DNA of 64,000 nt, counting the filler, from Barthelona sp. PAP020 (taxonomy: Eukaryota), in the NCBI GenBank assembly GCA_040182905.1. It is 15 parts of 15 records of this genome, joined end to end, with 100 filler letters (N's around TTAATTAATTAA, not from the genome) between each part and the next. Parts side by side here need not be neighbours in the genome. Positions count along the whole stretch, not along the records: positions 1 to 4,270 come from JARQWU010000682.1; positions 4,371 to 8,623 come from JARQWU010000683.1; positions 8,724 to 12,949 come from JARQWU010000684.1; 12 more parts are not named here. The stretch is one strand, 5' to 3'. The position numbers and the translations under genes were made by a program. Shown here piece after piece: positions 1 to 11,389 of the stretch. The notes beneath the pieces were generated by a model. It had not been told where the DNA came from, ran no database searches, and saw only the letters and a program-made list of their open reading frames with translations. How positions within the stretch are numbered: position 1 is the first letter of the stretch; every line of letters starts with the position of its first letter.

Positions 1-122
1 GTTCCAATTACATTTCAATCCCTCAATTCTCCTCCTGGGATTTTGACTGAAATTTGCCAGAATGAGTTTTCTGAGTTTACTTTCTTTGTAAATAAATATG
101 GTTGTTGTTTCATAACAGGACC
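1..122 (-). repeat. Dispersed repeat R1, partial copy
   Basis: Reverse complement closely matches 9009-9128 (GGTCC..GAAACAAC..AAAGAAAGTAAACTCAGAAAACTCATTCT..AAATTTCAGTCA). Confidence 0.85.
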
Positions 123-818
123 AAAATTTGAATAATTTCTTTAAATTTTGATCTTAACATGGAATAGCTTTGTCAATTTACATGGAGAATAATGAACTGA
201 AATGGTATTTAGAATATTTCAATAAAACCATGAGAAAACAAATTGACGTAATTAAAACAGATATTTGCGCCCAAGTGTGAAAATTTGGTGGAAATTTTCT
301 GCTCCAGTTTTTGGTGTTGGTAAAACATAATTTTAAAGTTCTAAGCATTCTCTTCTCACAAATTTAAAGTTTTAATCGACCAATAATACCTCGACCGCTT
401 TTAGCCAAACAAAAACTATTCTCATATGCACAGTGCTTTTTGGCCCAGATAAAAGTAGTCAAGATGTGAAAGAGACAGAGCTATATTTAGTTTTAGAGAA
501 TGAAAATAACTCTTGTTATCCAGCATATTCCATCAGTAATAAACATACCTCATTATTTAATATTAGATATGAAACTCAGACAAAGATCGATATAAAAATT
601 TATAAATTCAACACTTTTTCAACTCAATTTTCCCAAAAACATCTTTTGGAAATACCAACCAAATTTTTTTTTTTAAAAGTTCTTTTCAGATAAATGACAA
701 ATGCACAACAAAATATTGCGCGACATTTTTGAACGAGATGATAAATTGAAATCAAACAGAAAGCTAAAAACGAAATTGAAAAATTATTTTTCAACTTCAA
801 TCCTTTTTTTTTACACCC

Positions 819-2978
819 ATGTTCACCTTTGAAGAAACCCAAGGATCATACGAACTAGAGCAACGTGCAAAGAAACACAGAAAAATTGTTAAAGAACCAG
901 AAGAAGATGCTTTTGAAAAATTGGATGATTTTGTGAAATCGAATGACGTCAATATACCTGGAAGTGAGTTTGAAATAGTAGAAAGAGACTTCAAAATGGG
1001 TGGATTTGGGCTTTTACATCTAGCCAAAAGACATGGAAAGATGGTAGTTTTGAAAGTCTTTGTTGATATTGTTGAAAAAATTTCTGATGATGAACTTACC
1101 AGAGAATGCTTTCCCATGGTTTTGAATCACCCTTTTATTCGACAGGTGTTTGGAGTGACTGAGATTGAATATAAAAAGGCTGTTGTAATGGAGTATTGTG
1201 ACACTGTTCTTGAAGATATGATACCAGAGTTGTCATTGAAGGAGAAGTTGGTGATAATGATGCAGGTTTCTTCTGCACTTGAGTTTTGTCACAGGAAAGG
1301 GGTTATGCATAGGGATTTGAAGCCAAACAATGTGTTATTGAGACGTGGAATGGATGGGACATACACACCTGCAATCGCCGATTTTGGGCTTGTTCGTGAT
1401 ACAAGCAGGAGTTCGGCCAATTCGATGATGGGTGCTGCGAGATATGCTGCTCCTGAGTTGGCCAATGAAGAGGAGAATATAATAGGAACAGCTGTTGATG
1501 CTTGGTCATTTGGTGTTATGTTAGCTCAAGTAGTGTCTGGTTTTGTTCCTTTTGATGGGTTGAGTGAGTTGAAAGTCATAGCAAAATTGATCAAGGGTCA
1601 ACTTCCATATGATAAGGAATTATTGGACACAATTCCTGGGTTTGGAATCATCAAGTGGTGTTTGACTGTTGAGCCATCTGCTAGACCAACGTTCAGTAAG
1701 ATCACTGAGTATTTACAGATGCTGATTGAGCGTTTTGATGGGTTGGGATTCGACGAGAAGAGGTTGGTGAAGAGAGTTTCAATTTTGGAAGAGGAAAACC
1801 AAATTTATGAAGAGAGGATTCAAAGTTTGACAAAGCAAGTTGATGAATTAAACAAAGAAAGAAATGAATGGATGAATAAAAACCAAAAATTAACAAATCA
1901 AGTCAATCATTTGACAAGTCAATTGAATGAACTTATGAACATCAATGATGGAAAATATCCTGTTGAAAATAGAAAGGAAGTTGTTTCAACTGGTTTAACC
2001 AACCAATTGAATGAGCTTTTGGACAATAATAAAGAACCATCCAATGAAAATAGAAAGCAAATTGTTCATGCAGTGGAAAGGTTTGAAGAAAAGCCTGTGT
2101 TTAGTGAGGTGTTTTTTGATTCATATGTTTTTTCCCTTGATTACAGTTCTGATGGACGGTTTTTTGCGGTTGCAGGATGGTTTAACAAATTGCTCAGAGT
2201 CTACAATACTGAAACACACGAAATTGTGTTTGAAGGGAATTATGTACAAGCTCGGGGTCTCAATTTCAGTCCAGACTCCAAACTGTTGGCTATTGGTGGT
2301 GATGATTCAGCAATTCATATCATTGAAGTTGATACTTGGAGAACAGTAAGAGTGATTAGGAGCATGTCAAAAGATGTTAGAAGAGTGCGGTTTTCACCAG
2401 ATGGCAAATTGCTTTCTGTTGGTATGTATGATGGTTACATTGCCATATATACAGTGGAAGGACAGAAGTTGCATGAATTTCTAGCACATAAAAATTATGT
2501 TTGGTCTGTATGTATCAGCCCCGATATGAAGTACTTTGCTTCTGTCAGCGATGATGGATGTTCAAAGTTGTTTTCATTGAAGACATACGAAGAGCTTCAC
2601 ACTTGGAGTCATGATAAACAGGGAATCATATCAGGAACCTTCTCACCCGACGGTGCTTATTGGGCTACAGGTGATAAAGATGGTTTTATCACGATATTTG
2701 ATGTTGAATTTGGAGAGTTGTTTGGAAAGTATAAGGTTCATAATAATTGTATAGACTCCATTATTTTCTCCCAAGACGGTTCATTAATCTATTCTGGTTC
2801 TCGTGATAGATCATTTGCTGTTATTCGAAAAGAAACAGGTCAAGTGTTGCAGAGAGTATGTGTACCTTTCTGTATTGTTGCTGTGGCCCTGAATCATGAT
2901 GGAACTCGTTTGTTGTGCAGTGGTTTCAATAATGCGATAAAGGTCCTAATCCAAGAATTCGTAGCTTCAGACCTGTAA
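819..2978 (+). CDS. Protein kinase - coiled coil - WD40 repeat protein
   Basis: 719 aa. Intact kinase motifs (GGFG, VLK, HRDLKPNN, DFG, APE, DAWSFG), a heptad coiled coil at about aa 310-400, and about 7 WD40 repeats (FSPDG..LA/S.G..D) at the C-terminus. Confidence 0.92.
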   Translation: MFTFEETQGSYELEQRAKKHRKIVKEPEEDAFEKLDDFVKSNDVNIPGSEFEIVERDFKMGGFGLLHLAKRHGKMVVLKVFVDIVEKISDDELTRECFPMVLNHPFIRQVFGVTEIEYKKAVVMEYCDTVLEDMIPELSLKEKLVIMMQVSSALEFCHRKGVMHRDLKPNNVLLRRGMDGTYTPAIADFGLVRDTSRSSANSMMGAARYAAPELANEEENIIGTAVDAWSFGVMLAQVVSGFVPFDGLSELKVIAKLIKGQLPYDKELLDTIPGFGIIKWCLTVEPSARPTFSKITEYLQMLIERFDGLGFDEKRLVKRVSILEEENQIYEERIQSLTKQVDELNKERNEWMNKNQKLTNQVNHLTSQLNELMNINDGKYPVENRKEVVSTGLTNQLNELLDNNKEPSNENRKQIVHAVERFEEKPVFSEVFFDSYVFSLDYSSDGRFFAVAGWFNKLLRVYNTETHEIVFEGNYVQARGLNFSPDSKLLAIGGDDSAIHIIEVDTWRTVRVIRSMSKDVRRVRFSPDGKLLSVGMYDGYIAIYTVEGQKLHEFLAHKNYVWSVCISPDMKYFASVSDDGCSKLFSLKTYEELHTWSHDKQGIISGTFSPDGAYWATGDKDGFITIFDVEFGELFGKYKVHNNCIDSIIFSQDGSLIYSGSRDRSFAVIRKETGQVLQRVCVPFCIVAVALNHDGTRLLCSGFNNAIKVLIQEFVASDL

Positions 2979-4173
2979 ACTTCACATTGCCTTTTGAACT
3001 TACTTCCCATAATTTCATGATCACCTTGCTCTGAGGTTTTCCAACTTGTAAATTGTAAACTAATTTTTATTTCCTCATTTAATTCATTTTCTTGTTGTTC
3101 TTCAACAACACAAGTAATTCCATCAAACAACAACAACATCAACCATCCTTCAGCCAAATGAAGCCAAAACATTTGAAAGATTTGAGAAATTCAAAACCCC
3201 AAACTTTAATCCTCTTGTTTTTGCAAGGTTTCTCTTCATTTGAACAAACACCATTTATTGAACCAATTAAACCGGTTGACTATCAAGAGTTTTTAGACAT
3301 ACATCTTGTAAAGCTGATCTAAAGAATTTGATTCACCTGACCCATTATCAACAACATAAGGTCCCTCAAAGTTGGGTATTTTCAATTGAACACCGCAGTT
3401 TGCATCTCATGTTAATGATTGTTTACCTTTGATTTACCTGTGAGGTTTTTGTTTTCGTGCTTTCAAGAGAAGTTAAGCATTATTAAATTGAAAAACTTTG
3501 ATGAATAAAGCTTCAAAAACATTAAAAGGAATCTTTGGTTGTGGATCAACCAATTTAACTTTTAGAGGGAGAAATCTCATTATATCATTGTTGAATATTT
3601 TGGGAAAGTTTGGCCTCGAGAAGGAAATGAACCCAGAAATTCAATTTTAACCAACAAGTATGAAAATTTTGGGGAAACTTCCTTCTCAGGTAATTTGTAA
3701 TTTTGGAAAGCTTTTTAAAGTTTTAACTTTCACCTTTGCAAAATTGAAAGTTTCAATAGATCAACTAAGCCTGAAAGTTCTTTAGCCAAATGAACGCAAT
3801 TCTTTTTTATATTGACTCATATGCACAGGTTGGGAATATTTACACACTTCCAACCAAAAAAAATAAAGATAACATCAAAATATTGGTGACATTTCAGTTC
3901 CCAATTTTTTTTTCATAAAACATTTTCAAACTTTCAGCAAACTATTGTCAAAGAGAATGCAATTCTAATTTTCTATTCTTCCCAATCACTTGGCAATTGT
4001 TTGTTCTTTCAACATTTTTATTTTTCAATGACCAAAAATGATGGGTTATTTCTGGGTAATCATTTGTTCTCATCATTCAACAATAAAAAAAAACCCAAAA
4101 AAAACAAAATTCCAAATAGCTTTTTTTATAACAAGGAAACACGCCGAATTGAATGAAAACAACATCAAAACAT

Positions 4174-4269
4174 TTAATTTTCTTCATCATTCAAATAATT
4201 CTTGATAATACCATCAATAACTGCATCTGCTGTGACTTCAGGTTCAATAGGCATATCAAGGTCAGGTAA
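4174..4269 (-). CDS. 3' end of an unidentified gene, truncated by contig end
   Basis: Open frame LPDLDMPIEPEVTADAVIDGIIKNYLNDEEN* running from the linker, with coding-like composition. Confidence 0.4.
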   Translation of the reverse strand, partial: LPDLDMPIEPEVTADAVIDGIIKNYLNDEEN

Positions 4270-4270
4270 G

Positions 4271-4370
4271 NNNNNNNNNNNNNNNNNNNNNNNNNNNNNN
4301 NNNNNNNNNNNNNNTTAATTAATTAANNNNNNNNNNNNNNNNNNNNNNNNNNNNNNNNNNNNNNNNNNNN
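4271..4370. other. Artificial contig-joining linker (N44-TTAATTAATTAA-N44)
   Basis: Identical 100-nt six-frame-stop linkers also at 8624, 12950, 17263, 21576, 25884, 30185, 34443, 38700, 42948, 47195, 51432, 55627 and 59885. Intervening contigs are about 4.1-4.25 kb and roughly size-sorted. Confidence 0.98.
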
Positions 4371-4719
4371 ATCAGTTTTGAGTGTTTGCTGTCGTCACTC
4401 AATTGGGATGTTTTATGGAGTCTCTTTACGGAAAAGTTCAATAAAGTCTTATTTCATATTTTTTTTTTGTAAATGTACTTTTTAATATTGTTTGTTTGTT
4501 ATTTTTAATTGATGATATGATTATTTACTTTCAGAAACAATGTGTTGAAAGAATTGTTTGGGAAACAAAAGTTTTAAACATTTCATTTTCTTTTGAACTT
4601 TTGATAAATTCTTTGTGTTCATTTTAAATTCTTATAAATAGTAAAGTTATTTGCAAAAATATTTTATTTTTTGAGTCTTTCTTTATTTCACAATTTTTTT
4701 TATTTTTTTTGTATTCAAC

Positions 4720-7700
4720 ATGGATTCTTCTCTTGCAAAGTTGAAAGGTTTACTTATTTTTTTTACTATAGAAAGCTAACATACAGAATTAGTAGAACTT
4801 GGACAAGAATCTGCAGCTATTGCTTATTGTTTATCTATTGCTTCGAAACCATTCCTATTTAGAAACTCATCCAACGTTGTTGAAAATGTTGAGTTTTGCA
4901 AAGAATTGGTTGAGATTTGTTTGATGTTGGGTCAATACTCCACTGCATATGAACTTTTGGAGGCTTTAAGTCGTCCCACATGTGCTGTTGCATGTGATAA
5001 ATTTGCCGAAGCTGTTCTTTATTACGTTGAGACAGCTTTAGAATTGAATGAAGATTTCGAAATGCGAATTCTTGAACTTCAACCTGACGATATGACTTTA
5101 GAGAACAACAGTAACTTTTTAGTTAATTCTTTCCATCAAGGACTTGATTTGGAGAAATATGTTGAGTATGAAGAGTTGGTTTTGAAACAACAACATTTTC
5201 TTACTCATGTTTATCGTCATGCCTTACATTTGACGAAATATAACCCTAAACTTGAGAAGACTTATTATAGACTTGCTATTGAGGCTTTTACCATGCTTAT
5301 TGAGAAGAGAAAAGTTGGTGATATTAAAAAGGTCATTGAATCAGTTCAAAAACATTATAAAACAATGCTTCAACATTTAAAGGAAAATCCAAACGCTATG
5401 TCTGGTGGTTTAACTTCCATTTCAAGTAAGATTTTGCACTTGAAGCTGCGTTTGGAGACTTTAACTTTATTACTAGAGAATGATATTGTTTGTCAACATA
5501 TATCTGCCTTTATTAGTGAGATAGCCAACATTTTAAGTCTTATTCGCACTGATATTCAACAAAATGATGAAATCAATGTTGAGGCTTTAAATCTCGAAAA
5601 GGAATTTGGTCAAATTTTTGTTCGCTTATTGCTCGTCACCAAGTCTTTCACTGTTTATTCTCTCCAATCTTATTATAACTTCAATCATCTTGAATGTGGT
5701 TGGGGTGATCCTTTGCTCACTCAAAATGCCAATCAAGTTCTTTTATCTTTGTGTTGTCTTAAAAGTAGTGGTGATAAACTTAACTATGTTGACCCCAGTT
5801 TGGAAAACCTTGTTCAAATTGTTCGCAATTTTTCATTCCTCTATTTTGAGTCATATGAAAAGTTGAAACTTGACAAAACTATTGAAGAGTTTTCACTTGA
5901 TTTTGAAGGTACACCTTCAAAAGATACCATTACAAAGCATATTTTTGATGAATCTCCCTCCTTTTTGTCCTTTTGTTCAAATGAAATTGTTCAATTTTTC
6001 CAAAAAACGAGCACCTGTTGTTCTCCTCGCGAATATGTTCGTATCTACAACAATTTGTTAAGTTTCCTTGAATCTGATGATAGTATGGTTGATTTAATTC
6101 GTCCTGCTTTTGAAACTCTTAAAGAACCTTTGTATGAAGTGTTTTTGAGCAGTTTCATTGAAAAATTAAGCTATTCTTATGATACCTTACCTATTTCACG
6201 TTTCTTAAAGCTTTTAAACAAAGAAGAATTGTCTTTAGTTGATTATAATATTATTCAGAATGTCGAAAGTGATTCTCAAGCTTATAACATCAGAATTGAT
6301 TTCTACAATAGCATGATTCATTTTATGAAACCTGATAGCATTATCATCAGCGCTTGTCCTGCTGTTGGTCGAAATGTTTGCAACAGTGTGGATGATATTA
6401 TTGGAGAATCTCATGTTATTGATGTTGAAAATGAGATTACTGAGATTTTAGCAAATATCAACAGTGAAAATATTGAGTTGGTCAAGCGCAGTGATATTAT
6501 TTCTGAACAAATCAAGGATTTCCAAGAAAGATCAAAGAATGAGCTGGAAAATATCATGAAAAAAGCTGAATTGTATCAAAAACAAGTTCAAGAAGAATTA
6601 GATCTGAAATTAAAGGAAGAAAACTTAAGACGTGAAGAAGAAATGAAGAAACGTGAAGAAATCATGGCTAAACAACGTGAAGTTCAAAAGAAAATCAATG
6701 TTTTACTTGATAAGCAGAAAGAAGAGAAAAAACTTTTGAAGTCTATGTTGGAAGATCATTTGACGGTTAAAGCTGAAATTGAGAAGATTGCTATTCCAGT
6801 GGAAAAGGTTAGAAGAAGAAACAGATTTTCTTATCACAAGTCTTCAAAGAAATCTGACAAAGTTATTGGACAATTTGCTGATGAAGTCACCAATTTGGAA
6901 GAAACAAAAGAAAAACTCAAAAAAATTGAGCATGAAATTGAGGTCAAACATTTGAAAATGGAACAGAAAAAGAAACGCGTTTTTGATGAAATTGATTATG
7001 AGACTCGTTTATTGTTACAAGCTAATCGTGAACACCTTCAAAAGCAATTTGAATCTCAAAAAGAACTTGTTAAGGTTGAATATGATGAAAGATGTGCCAA
7101 ACAATTGGTGGATGCACGTGCTTTACATGCAAAACTTATGGAGCGTCGTCCTTTATTTTCAAAATTGTCCAAACATGTTGATCGTGTTGCTCAAAAAATC
7201 GAAGATATGGAAATGGTTGAAATTTCCAGAATGAAAGAAGAACAAGAAGAAAAAGTTCTCGAAATCATGGTTCTCATTCGTGAAGAAGAAGAAAAGAGAA
7301 AAGAAGAATTTGACAAGAAGGAAGAAGTTCGTAGACAACAAGCTGACATTAAGAGTAGGAAACAAGCTGATGCTGTTGTTAAACCAACAATTAGAACTGT
7401 ACTTACTGAAAAAGAAAAAGAAGACACTCAAGCCAATGCTAACGATGTTCTTGCTGCTATTGCTGCAAGGAAAAGACAAAAAGATGAAGCTAAACATGTT
7501 GTTGAAAAGGAACCTGTTAGTGAAAAGCCTTCCAGATTTGAAGCTACTAAAACTGTTTCTAATAAATTCCAACCCGCTGGATCCAGCAACAGATTCCAAG
7601 CTGCTAGTTCTTCCAATAAATTCCAAGCTGCTAATCCTTCTCCAATGGCAGATACTCTCAAGAATTTAAGAGGTCCTAGACAAGAAAAGAAATCAGATGC

Positions 7701-7968
7701 AAATGTTGACACTCAAACACAACAATTAGAGACTGATGGATGGTTTGATCCCAACAAAAAGAAAGTTAAAGGTAAACCCACCACAACAACTGCAACAAAT
7801 AATAGGTTTGGGAATTTGGAATCTGTAAAGACAACTAGAGACAACAGAGACAATCGTGACAATCGTGATAATCGTAGTCGCGATGATAGAAAAGATGGTA
7901 AGAAGTCTTCTTTCAATCGTGATAGGAAAAAACCAACTATTGATCTTTCCAGTTTGAGAAATCGTTGA
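4720..7968 (+). CDS. EIF3A: Eukaryotic translation initiation factor 3 subunit A, join(4720..4747,4787..7968)
   Basis: Removing a 39-nt GT..GCTAACATACAG intron gives the N-terminus MDSSLAKLKELVELGQESAAI, resembling eIF3a ENALKRA.E..EVG....AL. It is followed by a PCI-like region, a long charged coiled coil and an RD-rich tail. Confidence 0.75.
4748..4786 (+). other. Spliceosomal intron (39 nt)
   Basis: GTTTAC...GCTAACATACAG. Removal joins ATG 4720 in frame to the 1020-aa ORF. Confidence 0.85.
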
Positions 7969-8185
7969 TAATATTGTTATTTTAATAAACAAAAGCCGGT
8001 GAAAATAATTTTTTTTTGTTGTTAAAAAGAATTTTGTTAATGAAAGAATTTCAATCATTGGTCAACAATTTTTGATTTTAAAGTTCTTTTATGTGGAAAT
8101 CAATGAATAAATAGACATGATTGAAAGGTTTTTATGAGAAAGACTTTTTTCATATTCATTTTTTTAAAGAGAAACCATTAACAGA

Positions 8186-8623
8186 ATGAACTTCGACAAA
8201 ATCAAGCTTTCAAAACTTAATGATATTAAGGAAATAATACCATTGGAAGAATTATTGAAAGCACGTTCCAATGAACTTGAAAATTTATCGGATTCTGAAC
8301 AGTCCGTTCACACTCTTTCAGAATATTCTGAATTTGATATACTAGAAGGTGGTGCATTAACTGAAGCTTCTTTTAGTGCATATTCTGGTGATACTGTTTC
8401 AGTCAGTGAAAAGTCAATTCTCGATGATCATACTGATTTAGAAGATTCTCGTTATCAAGACGATGATGATGTTACAATACCAGTAGTAGAGATAGAAACT
8501 ATAGTCAAAGAAATAAAAGAGGAAGATCTTGATAATATTGTTACAATAACGTTAACGGAAACAGATACGTGTATTTTATTTAACATGCCTAGTATTGCAT
8601 ATTCTGTGCAAAACGAAGAGCTC
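8186..8623 (+). CDS. DNAI4: Axonemal dynein intermediate chain WDR78/IC138-like, N-terminal part
   Basis: The motif EEDLDNIVTITLTETDTCILFNMPS resembles the conserved WDR78 segment L.ET.T..ffd.P. Truncated by the linker. Confidence 0.6.
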
Positions 8624-8757
8624 NNNNNNNNNNNNNNNNNNNNNNNNNNNNNNNNNNNNNNNNNNNNTTAATTAATTAANNNNNNNNNNNNNNNNNNNNN
8701 NNNNNNNNNNNNNNNNNNNNNNNGATCCTCATTTCATTTTTAGATAAGCAAAAACAA

Positions 8758-8830
8758 CTCCGATACCGGGATTCGAACCCGGTTCTGCGGGGTGAAAACC
8801 CACTATCCTAACCAAGTAGACTATATCGGA
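8758..8830 (-). tRNA. tRNA-Glu (TTC)
   Basis: Cloverleaf TCCGATA..., anticodon arm GTGGG-TTTTCAC-CCCGC, T arm GGTTCGAATCC, T-run terminator downstream. Confidence 0.96.
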
Positions 8831-9004
8831 TACATTTTTAGTTTCAATATGAAAACTTCTGTGAAGAATAATAATTGAAATAAAGGATGAAACAAAGAAA
8901 GAAAAATTATTTTTGTCAATTAATTAAACAATTAATTATGTGTTAACAAGCTATCTTTCCCTCTTTCCCTTCATATGAACATTTTTTAAAAATTATTCGT
9001 TAGT

Positions 9005-9329
9005 AATTGGTCCAGTTGTGAAACAACTATATTTATTTATAAAGAAAGTAAACTCAGAAAACTCATTCTAGCAAATTTCAGTCATAATCCCAGGAGGGGA
9101 ATTGAGGGACTGAAATATAATTTGAACGATCAAGTAGGAGAATTTCGGAGAAATTCCTCATTCCTATTTTTTTTGTATTTTTGCAAAAGCAAAATTTTAA
9201 AGTTTGAACTTTACCTTAGAAAATCTAAAGTTTTTCAACAGATCAATCGGGCCTCGAAAGCCTTCAACCAAATAGACATTATTCTTTTTTATTCACTCAT
9301 ACGCACAGTGCTTCTTGGCTTGGAAATAA
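9005..9329 (+). repeat. Dispersed repeat R1 (about 325 bp), full copy
   Basis: Highly similar to the reverse complement of 59182-59506 and to 34543-34663 and 34735-35048. Degenerate copies near 270-450, 3640-3830, 9540-9740, 38000-38230, 56110-56250 and 59040-59150. No terminal inverted repeats seen. Confidence 0.9.
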
Positions 9330-9539
9330 TGTGGAAGTTCATGCTCAATGAACGGAATTTATTGGAGATATAAAGAAGTCATCAAATATCACTTCCTTTA
9401 TTTGTTGTTTCTTGACCACCTTTAGGTCCAATTTTTTAAGTTACTTGGGCATCTGAATCCACGTAAGTTTTTCCCAAACCTTAAGCTAACTCGTTTCGTT
9501 GTTCACTGAACAACTCATACATCATAAATATCTAATAAA
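9325..9539 (+). repeat. Dispersed repeat R2 (about 215 bp)
   Basis: Highly similar to the reverse complement of 20912-21129 (e.g. CTTAAGCTAACTCGTTTCGTTGTTCACTGAACAACTCATAC is identical). Confidence 0.9.
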
Positions 9540-9980
9540 GCAAAATTCAGTTAAAAGCATAGGGTAGAATTGAAGGACTTAAAGTTAATTTTGTCGATTA
9601 ATTATTTAATTTTTCTTGGAAATTTTCTTACCTACTTCTTAAGTTTTAAACATATCAATCGACCCTCACTAACCTTTAACCAAATGAACTCAATTCTTTT
9701 TTATTCACTCATACGCACAATGCTCTTTGGCATGGTAATAACCATAATTTACAAATGAACAGTAATCTAAAGGTCATTCTATATCTTCTTTCAATGAATT
9801 ATTCTTTGAAGTTATGATAAACTATTATTCAAAATTAATCTTTATGAAGAATCTTTCAGTTCTCATCATCTTCACAAGAATTCCTCTTTTCTTTGAAAAT
9901 GCTCTATTTCCACTAATAACATTCCGTTTAATGGTTTTATAAACAATAAAATTGATAAAAAAATAATTAACGAAAATTTA

Positions 9981-11048
9981 TCATGTTGAATTGTTGTTAA
10001 TTCGATAAGATCTATAAATTTGCATTACATGTGCAATAAATGCTTCCAAATGAAAAATTGGCTTATTCCCACGAACACAATTGTGTTGAAATTTACAGGC
10101 AACATCAATTACTTCAGGCATAATTGCGGGTACCTTTTCGATAAGTATTTCCACAAATTTATTGAATAATGTTTCAGGTGCAATACAACTTGCCAAAAGT
10201 TCAAATAATCTGTCTCTTAATTGACCAATTCTTTGAGCAGTTTGTTCTTCTAACAAGCCAACGACAATAGATTCAGCGAATTTTTCCCAATCAGGCAATA
10301 TCAATTCATCACTGTTAGCACTGTTAGTAAATGCCGCTAACTCTAATAATAAAAGAGCTTTACGCATATTTCCTCGACTTTGCTGAACAATTTTAGTTCT
10401 TAATGTGTTATTTAAAGTTAGTTGTTCTTTAATAGCAACGTTTTGAAGCACTTTGATCATTTCATTATCAGAAGGTCCAGGAACTCTAATACACAAGCAA
10501 CGTGAGCGTAATGGTTCTAAAACACTAGAAAAATTGTCTGTTATCAATATAAATCGACAATTAACTTGCGCAATTTCCATCGTTCTTCTCAAAGCTTGCT
10601 GCGATAATTTAGACATCTTATCAACCTCATTTAAAATCAATACTTTAAATTCATTTGACGATCCGTCTTGTTTTTCACCAAAAACAGTTTTTACTTTAGA
10701 AAAACTTTTTACCAATTCTTGAACAACAACTCTATCACGAATACCAACATCAGAAGGATTTAATTCAATATGAATTGGGGATGTTAGAATGGAAATGTTG
10801 AACGTTGTTTTGCTTGTTGAAGATATTGGAAATGAACGATTTTCAATTTTAACTTTGTTTACAGAATTTCCAAATATTTCACGTAAAAAAGCTAAAATTC
10901 TCGTTTTTTTTCCAACTCCAGAAGGTCCATAAAACAATAAATGAGGAAAATCATTTCGAGAAGCCAATTCACTTAATCTTTGAGTTAAATCATCATGATA
11001 ATCTAATAAATTTAATGTTTTTGGTCTATATTCATCAACCCAAAGCAT
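9981..11048 (-). CDS. RFC3: Replication factor C subunit 3 (38 kDa; yeast Rfc5 orthologue)
   Basis: MLWVDEYRPK, PHLLFYGPSGVGKKT, DRVVVQE, QQALRRTME, LRSRCL and KPIFHLEAF motifs. Confidence 0.95.
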   Translation of the reverse strand: MLWVDEYRPKTLNLLDYHDDLTQRLSELASRNDFPHLLFYGPSGVGKKTRILAFLREIFGNSVNKVKIENRSFPISSTSKTTFNISILTSPIHIELNPSDVGIRDRVVVQELVKSFSKVKTVFGEKQDGSSNEFKVLILNEVDKMSKLSQQALRRTMEIAQVNCRFILITDNFSSVLEPLRSRCLCIRVPGPSDNEMIKVLQNVAIKEQLTLNNTLRTKIVQQSRGNMRKALLLLELAAFTNSANSDELILPDWEKFAESIVVGLLEEQTAQRIGQLRDRLFELLASCIAPETLFNKFVEILIEKVPAIMPEVIDVACKFQHNCVRGNKPIFHLEAFIAHVMQIYRSYRINNNST

Positions 11049-11389
11049 CTAACTATCAAAATAAAATAAAAACTAAAATTATCCTTTTTCCAATTATTTT
11101 CTTACAATTTTGACCTTTACCATATTCCATTTATTTTTTTTCATTGTTTATTTTTAAATTATTTTGAAAAATTTTTTGAAAACAACTTTTGAATATTTTT
11201 TTCCTGATTATAAGGGAAGAAAAAATATTTTTGTTGTTTTATTGTTGCAAAATTCATAAATATATCATTATTGATATTTTGGTTGGTATTTTTTTGAAAT
11301 TAAAGAACTTGTTCAAAAAGGGAAATAAATTAATTAATTAAAGTCCTCTAATAAATTATCCCTTTTAAGTCTCTTTTATACATGCCAAA

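Noticed and set aside
4315..4326. Periodic TTAATTAATTAA palindrome every ~4.3 kb
   Set aside because: Always centred in 44+44 Ns. It is an artificial six-frame-stop linker, and gene neighbourhoods across it are not real.
7159..8058. Several antisense and alternate-frame ORFs over eIF3a and other long genes
   Set aside because: These are shadows of biased codon usage in real genes and show no motifs.
9005..9329. R1 as a MITE
   Set aside because: No terminal inverted repeats or target-site duplications could be found by eye.
9122..9758. Short ORFs 9122-9373 and 9570-9758 (also 58992-59530)
   Set aside because: They lie within non-coding repeat R1, and the frames are not conserved between copies.
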